Below are positions 59,781-64,000 of a DNA stretch of 64,000 nucleotides, piece by piece. The notes under the pieces were generated by a model. The model saw only the letters and a program-made list of their open reading frames with translations. It was not told the DNA's origin and ran no database searches. The translations under genes were made by a program, and so were the position numbers. This stretch comes from Gemmatales bacterium (GTDB lineage: Bacteria > Planctomycetota > Planctomycetia > Gemmatales > HRBIN36), in contig JBEPZY010000009.1 of the NCBI GenBank assembly GCA_041640595.1, positions 96,001 through 160,000 of the forward strand, in the 5' to 3' direction. Within the stretch, counting starts at the first letter, position 1. Each line of letters begins with the position of its first letter.

Positions 59781-61034
59781 TTAGCTGACACGGCTGAAAA
59801 TTTCGGCCACACGCACTCGACAGCCGTTTATCGCCGGCAAGATGCTACCCACCAGTGCCGTTGCCGCACCGATCCAGGGTCCCCAGTAGTATGCGCGAAG
59901 GGGCACGAAGAAAACCGGGAAAAATCCCAAAGGCAGTCGAATTCCTTTGAAGACATAGTTGACCAGAAGATGCGGCAGAGCAACGCCGAAAAACCCGCCG
60001 CAAATTCCCAGCATCAGACCTTCGCCGAGAATCAGCACGAGAATTTGCCCCGGACTGAAGCCGAGCACTTTCAAAACAGCGATCTCTTTGGTTCGTTCGC
60101 GGACGGTGATACCGATCGCATTGGAAATAACCACCGCCATCACCACCAGAATAGTGGGAACCAGCAGATAGCGAACCCCGAACAAAATATCTTTGAGCGG
60201 TTCAAAGAAGCGATTGACGGCAGTAGCAGCGGTTTCGCATTTGATGTTGCGATTCTGGCTCTCGATGATAGCACACGCGGCCTGGGCAGTAGGCTGGTCG
60301 CGGACAGTCAACCATCCCAGGTTGATGAGGCCCGCCAGTTCGCTCCCGACGTCGGTGAGAACGCGCTCGACGTAATCGTAATCAATAAAGGCCGCTTCGT
60401 CCCAGCGGGTGTTCTCGGGCAAAACTCCAACCACGATGAAATCCATCTTGACCGGCTGACCAGTGCGGTCGCGGTGACTGAGTGAGAAAACCTGAAGGCG
60501 GTCGCCAACCCGCACCCCCAATCGAGCCAGGCGTTTCGGCCCTAACAATAATCCCGCGTTTTCCATTCCCGAAACACCGGGATTTTTCAATTTCGCACAC
60601 AACTCGGGACTTATTCCTTCCAGGCCATCAATCATCGTGGGCATTTTGTCCGGCAGGGTGGCGATGGCAAAGAAAAACCGGTTCGGATCGCGTCGGCTGA
60701 GATCGGGATCGAGGCTGAAAGCCAGGAAATGCCAAAGTGTCCAGGCTTCCGGCAGAAAGCCGGGCAGTTGCATCAGTCGGGCGTAGGTCTCTCCGCCGGG
60801 CAGAACGATGCGATCGAAGTCGGCTTTCTGAAAACGACTGGGAATGCGGAAGCGCTCAGTGATAATCAGCCGAATGTTGGTGGTTTTCTCTTCCATTTGC
60901 TGATCGAGGAAAGTCAGCACAGACTGAATGAGCACATAAATGGTAACCAGCACGAGAACCGCAAGTCCGGTCAAGCTGACGCGGACAGGATTGCGCCGAA
61001 GATTCTTGAGGATGAGGAGAAAAAGTTTTGCCAT
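59781..61034 (-). CDS. MacB/FtsX-type ABC transporter permease
   Basis: LKNLRRNPVRVSLT, SNAIGITVRERTKEIAVLKVLGF. Confidence 0.92.
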   Translation of the reverse strand: MAKLFLLILKNLRRNPVRVSLTGLAVLVLVTIYVLIQSVLTFLDQQMEEKTTNIRLIITERFRIPSRFQKADFDRIVLPGGETYARLMQLPGFLPEAWTLWHFLAFSLDPDLSRRDPNRFFFAIATLPDKMPTMIDGLEGISPELCAKLKNPGVSGMENAGLLLGPKRLARLGVRVGDRLQVFSLSHRDRTGQPVKMDFIVVGVLPENTRWDEAAFIDYDYVERVLTDVGSELAGLINLGWLTVRDQPTAQAACAIIESQNRNIKCETAATAVNRFFEPLKDILFGVRYLLVPTILVVMAVVISNAIGITVRERTKEIAVLKVLGFSPGQILVLILGEGLMLGICGGFFGVALPHLLVNYVFKGIRLPLGFFPVFFVPLRAYYWGPWIGAATALVGSILPAINGCRVRVAEIFSRVS

Positions 61035-61155
61035 CGCTGATATCCGTTTTTATCGCTCTGAGCGCCTGGCTCGCGGTCTGGATCAAGCAACATTTTAGGT
61101 ATTGCCGCTCGGAGCATTGTATTCGCTGGCCGAGTAATTCTCCTGAGCCGGGGCT

Positions 61156-61184
61156 TTGACAGATACTCCAGCGCTGGGTATGAT
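61156..61184 (+). promoter_or_regulatory. Near-consensus sigma70 promoter of the JAB-Ubl-E2-E1 operon
   Basis: TTGACA (61156-61) - N17 - TATGAT (61179-84), 70 nt before ATG 61255. Confidence 0.7.
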
Positions 61185-61254
61185 GACGTTGGCAGAAGCG
61201 CTGTGCCACGACAAGTGGAGCGGCGTGCTGTAGAGCAAGGTAGGGCGAAGGCCC

Positions 61255-62268
61255 ATGTGGTCGGAAACGATTGGGCTGATGCAGCGTATGTGGCAGCAAC
61301 TGCTGCGAGTGATTCGCCAGTTTTGCTCGCCAGGTCCTGGGCAAGAGCAACTGGCTCCGCCACCTGGGCCAGGCAGAGCGATGCCGCTTCGCCGTCTCGA
61401 ACGGGTGCTGGTCAGTTCTGCCGTGTTGCAATCGCTGTTCGATATGTTTGCCGATCACCGTAACGGCGATCGCGGGGAAGAAGAAACTGGCTGGGTGCTG
61501 CTGGGTTATCGGCGAGATGCGGAAGCGGTTGTTTTAGCAGCGTTACCGGCTGGCACGAATCGGGAAGCTGGGGTTGCTCACGTTCGGTTCAATACTCTGG
61601 CGCAGGCGGTAGCCACGCGGATTTTGCGAACGCGCGATCGTCAGTTGACCATCCTCGGCGTTGTCCATACGCATCCTGGGAGTCTGCGTCATCCTAGCCG
61701 GGGGGATTACGAAGGTGATAGCGAGTGGGTAAAATTATTGCGCGGAAAAGAAGGCGTGTTCGGCATAGGGACTGTCGAGGCCGAGCAAGACGACAACTGG
61801 CTGCCGATGGTCGCGCAACCCACCGATAATAGCTGGTCATGGCGGGGCATGCGATTCAACTGGTACGCTTTAGCGGCCGGGGATCGCAACTACCGTACCA
61901 TTCCCGTGCAGGTGGTGCTTGGAGAAGACCTGGCCCGACCGTTTCTGCCTGTTTGGGAAACGCTCGAATGGCACGCCGCGGGATTGGAGGAATTGTTCCG
62001 GCGTCTTAGCGCCTTGCATGTGGAAGCCTGCTCGGACAGCGACGCTGCCGGGCTGAACTCGTACCTGAGCGTTTCTATTCCTCTGGAAAACGGACAAGAA
62101 ATCCGCGCATTGCTTCACGGCCCGAAGATGCGGTTCTTCTACGACGACGGGGAACAGACATACGAAGTCGCGGGAGAACCGCCAGTCGATCGGGGAATTT
62201 TCCTGCTGCTGGCCGAACTGGCAAGACGGCGGGAGCTTTGCCAAGCTAGCATCGAAAGCGAACCCTGA
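61255..62268 (+). CDS. JAB/JAMM (Mov34/MPN) metallopeptidase with C-terminal extension (start could be 61279 or 61288)
   Basis: EETGWVLLG plus complete H-x-H-x7-S-x2-D motif (HTHPGSLRHPSRGD). Confidence 0.9.
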   Translation: MWSETIGLMQRMWQQLLRVIRQFCSPGPGQEQLAPPPGPGRAMPLRRLERVLVSSAVLQSLFDMFADHRNGDRGEEETGWVLLGYRRDAEAVVLAALPAGTNREAGVAHVRFNTLAQAVATRILRTRDRQLTILGVVHTHPGSLRHPSRGDYEGDSEWVKLLRGKEGVFGIGTVEAEQDDNWLPMVAQPTDNSWSWRGMRFNWYALAAGDRNYRTIPVQVVLGEDLARPFLPVWETLEWHAAGLEELFRRLSALHVEACSDSDAAGLNSYLSVSIPLENGQEIRALLHGPKMRFFYDDGEQTYEVAGEPPVDRGIFLLLAELARRRELCQASIESEP

Positions 62269-62357
62269 CGGGACGGCAGAAGAGGAAGGTCCGCGGACTG
62301 CGGTAGTCCGCCCTCGCTGGTGTCCCCAGGCGAGTCGCAGGTGAGGAGGTCTGAGCC

Positions 62358-62783
62358 ATGGATTTCCGTCCGCTCAACGACACGGAACGACGTACCCTGT
62401 TGGCTGCCCTGCGCGCCAACGCACAGGAAGACCGCGCCATCCTCATGGATCGGCGGAACACTCGTTTTGTTGGTACTGCAGAAGAGGTGCCCGAAGAGGA
62501 GGTGATCACCGCCATCAAATCCGTGCCCTGCCATTACTAAACCGATCAGCGGTTTGTCTGGCGGTCCAGCCAATCGGGCAGCACGCAAGAAGTGCTGCCG
62601 AGCCATTGGGAGCGTGCGCCTGCAAAGCTGTCAGGATCGCTGCCGATTCTGACCGTATCGGTTAGCGACCTGCAGTTGGGGGTGTGCCACCAAGCACCAG
62701 GAGCAACGCGCTTGGTCGCAACGGTGGCCGCCGACAAAGCGGGATTACGGGGAGGGTGCCGGTCTTCGACAGCGGGTGGTTAG
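62358..62783 (+). pseudogene. Putative ubiquitin-like modifier (141 codons; ...KAGLRGG-CRSSTAGG*) interrupted by in-frame TAA at 62538-62540
   Basis: Strong GAGGAGG RBS; ORFs 62358-62540 and 62592-62783 share one frame with a single stop between them; LRGG at 62745-62756. Confidence 0.6.
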
Positions 62784-62928
62784 AATTATGACACGCGCGA
62801 GCGATGCAGAATGGCGCGGCTCGTTTCGCCACCTACTGCGTCATCTGGTAGGCAGGCATACGGGCGATTGGACACTGAGCGAATTACTCGGTGAACACTT
62901 GCTTGCAGACAGCAGGCAGGAACAGGCC

Positions 62929-63354
62929 ATGGGCTTGCTGGATAGCGAAGTAGGAAAACGACGCTTGTTGACCGTCGAAATTCCGGCTATCGAACGCTAC
63001 AACGAAGGACGTGATCCGGAGTTTCGTATTCGCCTGGTTCGTCAGGGAAGCAATCTGGTGCTGTGCTACCGTTTGATGCCGACGCACAACGTGTATGAAC
63101 TGGAGACGCGGCTCTACTCCAGTTATCCCATTGTGCCTCCGGAAACGCGAGTCTTGACGCCTCTGCGCCACTGTCCGCATCTATTAGAAGGGCAGACTTT
63201 GTGTTTGTGGCGGCAGGGTAGCAGTCGGCAAAACAGCCGCTGGGACCCCGCTCGCTACACCTGCGTGTTTGCGGTGCAAGCAGCTTGGCGGTGGCTCGCT
63301 TGCTACGAAGTGTGGTACGACACAGGGGAGTGGCCATTACCGGAAGCTCGTTAG
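62929..63354 (+). CDS. Prokaryotic E2/UBC-like conjugating enzyme (start could be 62788)
   Basis: YPIVPPETRVLTPLRHCPHLLEGQTLCLW...WDP parallels the UBC signature YP..PP...T...HPN...G.ICL...W.P; AGGA before ATG 62929. Confidence 0.8.
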   Translation: MGLLDSEVGKRRLLTVEIPAIERYNEGRDPEFRIRLVRQGSNLVLCYRLMPTHNVYELETRLYSSYPIVPPETRVLTPLRHCPHLLEGQTLCLWRQGSSRQNSRWDPARYTCVFAVQAAWRWLACYEVWYDTGEWPLPEAR

Positions 63355-63392
63355 AATCCGCCTGACGCGATTCTCGCCCTGGAGCAAACAGC

Positions 63393-64000
63393 ATGGCTCA
63401 TGTAGTACAGGTGGGTGCCGGAAGTGGTGGAATGGTCGTTCTCGACCTGCTGGCGCGTGAGCCAGTTGTCTCGCGCATCACCATCATCGAACCGGACATC
63501 TATAAACCCCACAACGTGGTTCGGCATTATTTCCCCAGAGAAGCGGCTGGTGCCCATAAAACCGAACTGGCACGCCAGTGGTTGTCAGCACTCCGGCCGG
63601 AACTTGAGGTGCACTGTCTGGAAGCAGATTTGCTGAACCCAGCGGCGCAAGCCCAAATCGAAGAACTCGTAGCGACCGCTGATATTGGCGTGTGCGCTGT
63701 GGATAATGAGCCGGCGAAATATCACTGGGACGGCTTGATGCGGAAATACAAAAAGCCGTGGACACTCGGGGAGGTATTGAGTGGCGGCATTGGGGGCTTT
63801 GTGCACCTGTTTCGACCGGATGGCCCATGCTACGGGTGTGTGGCCAGTTATCTAAAGCGCAGCGTGGAGACGGATAACTCTCCTCCGCCTGATTATTCCC
63901 AGCCCGGTGGGCCGGTCTATGAGGTTACGATACCGGCGACCAAGGCAGCCATCACGGCGATCGCCAGTTTGCATGCCCTGGTAACGCTGGAACTATTGCA
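63393..64000 (+). CDS. ThiF/MoeB/E1-family adenylyltransferase, truncated by the window end
   Basis: Manual translation: MAHVVQVGAGSGG, EPDIYKPHNVVRH, GAHK, CAVDN, GPCYGC; GGAG RBS. Not in the ORF track because it has no stop in the window. Confidence 0.92.
   Translation, partial: MAHVVQVGAGSGGMVVLDLLAREPVVSRITIIEPDIYKPHNVVRHYFPREAAGAHKTELARQWLSALRPELEVHCLEADLLNPAAQAQIEELVATADIGVCAVDNEPAKYHWDGLMRKYKKPWTLGEVLSGGIGGFVHLFRPDGPCYGCVASYLKRSVETDNSPPPDYSQPGGPVYEVTIPATKAAITAIASLHALVTLELL

Noticed and set aside
62538..62540. Selenocysteine or pyrrolysine recoding of the internal stop
   Set aside because: The codon is TAA, not TGA or TAG.
61255..64000. Thiamine/molybdopterin sulfur-carrier operon, or CBASS
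   Set aside because: The E2-like gene argues against simple sulfur transfer, and no CD-NTase or effector is visible in the window; downstream genes are unseen.

Overview
Bacterial chromosomal segment, GC-rich and most likely from a planctomycete (Gemmatales-like). That assignment is inferred from the DUF1552 gene, the planctomycete-style secreted proteins, the NagB-PIG-L fusion and a stand-alone tRNA-Ile. Most of the window is housekeeping: htrA-like protease, tRNA-Ile(GAT), tmRNA, xdhC-mocA, carB, holA, larC, an hpf-PTS IIA-HPr-EI-DUF2344-RNase E/G cluster, comM-like ATPase, nagB, ABC transporters and an S9 peptidase. Two loci stand out. (1) At the right end, a ubiquitin-like conjugation operon behind a near-consensus sigma70 promoter: JAB/JAMM peptidase, a small non-canonical modifier carrying an LRGG motif and ending GG (split by one in-frame TAA), an E2/UBC-like protein and a ThiF/E1 enzyme that runs off the window. 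(2) Just downstream of tmRNA, a three-gene membrane-anchored cluster: a TRAFAC GTPase-TM-helical repeat-C2-like domain protein plus two TM proteins that share an unrecognised domain. Non-coding DNA is rich in repeats: an 18-unit REP/BIME-like hairpin mosaic whose linker is set by unit orientation, two tandem IS3-like MITEs, and heptamer tandem repeats. All family assignments come from motif recognition by eye; no searches were run.
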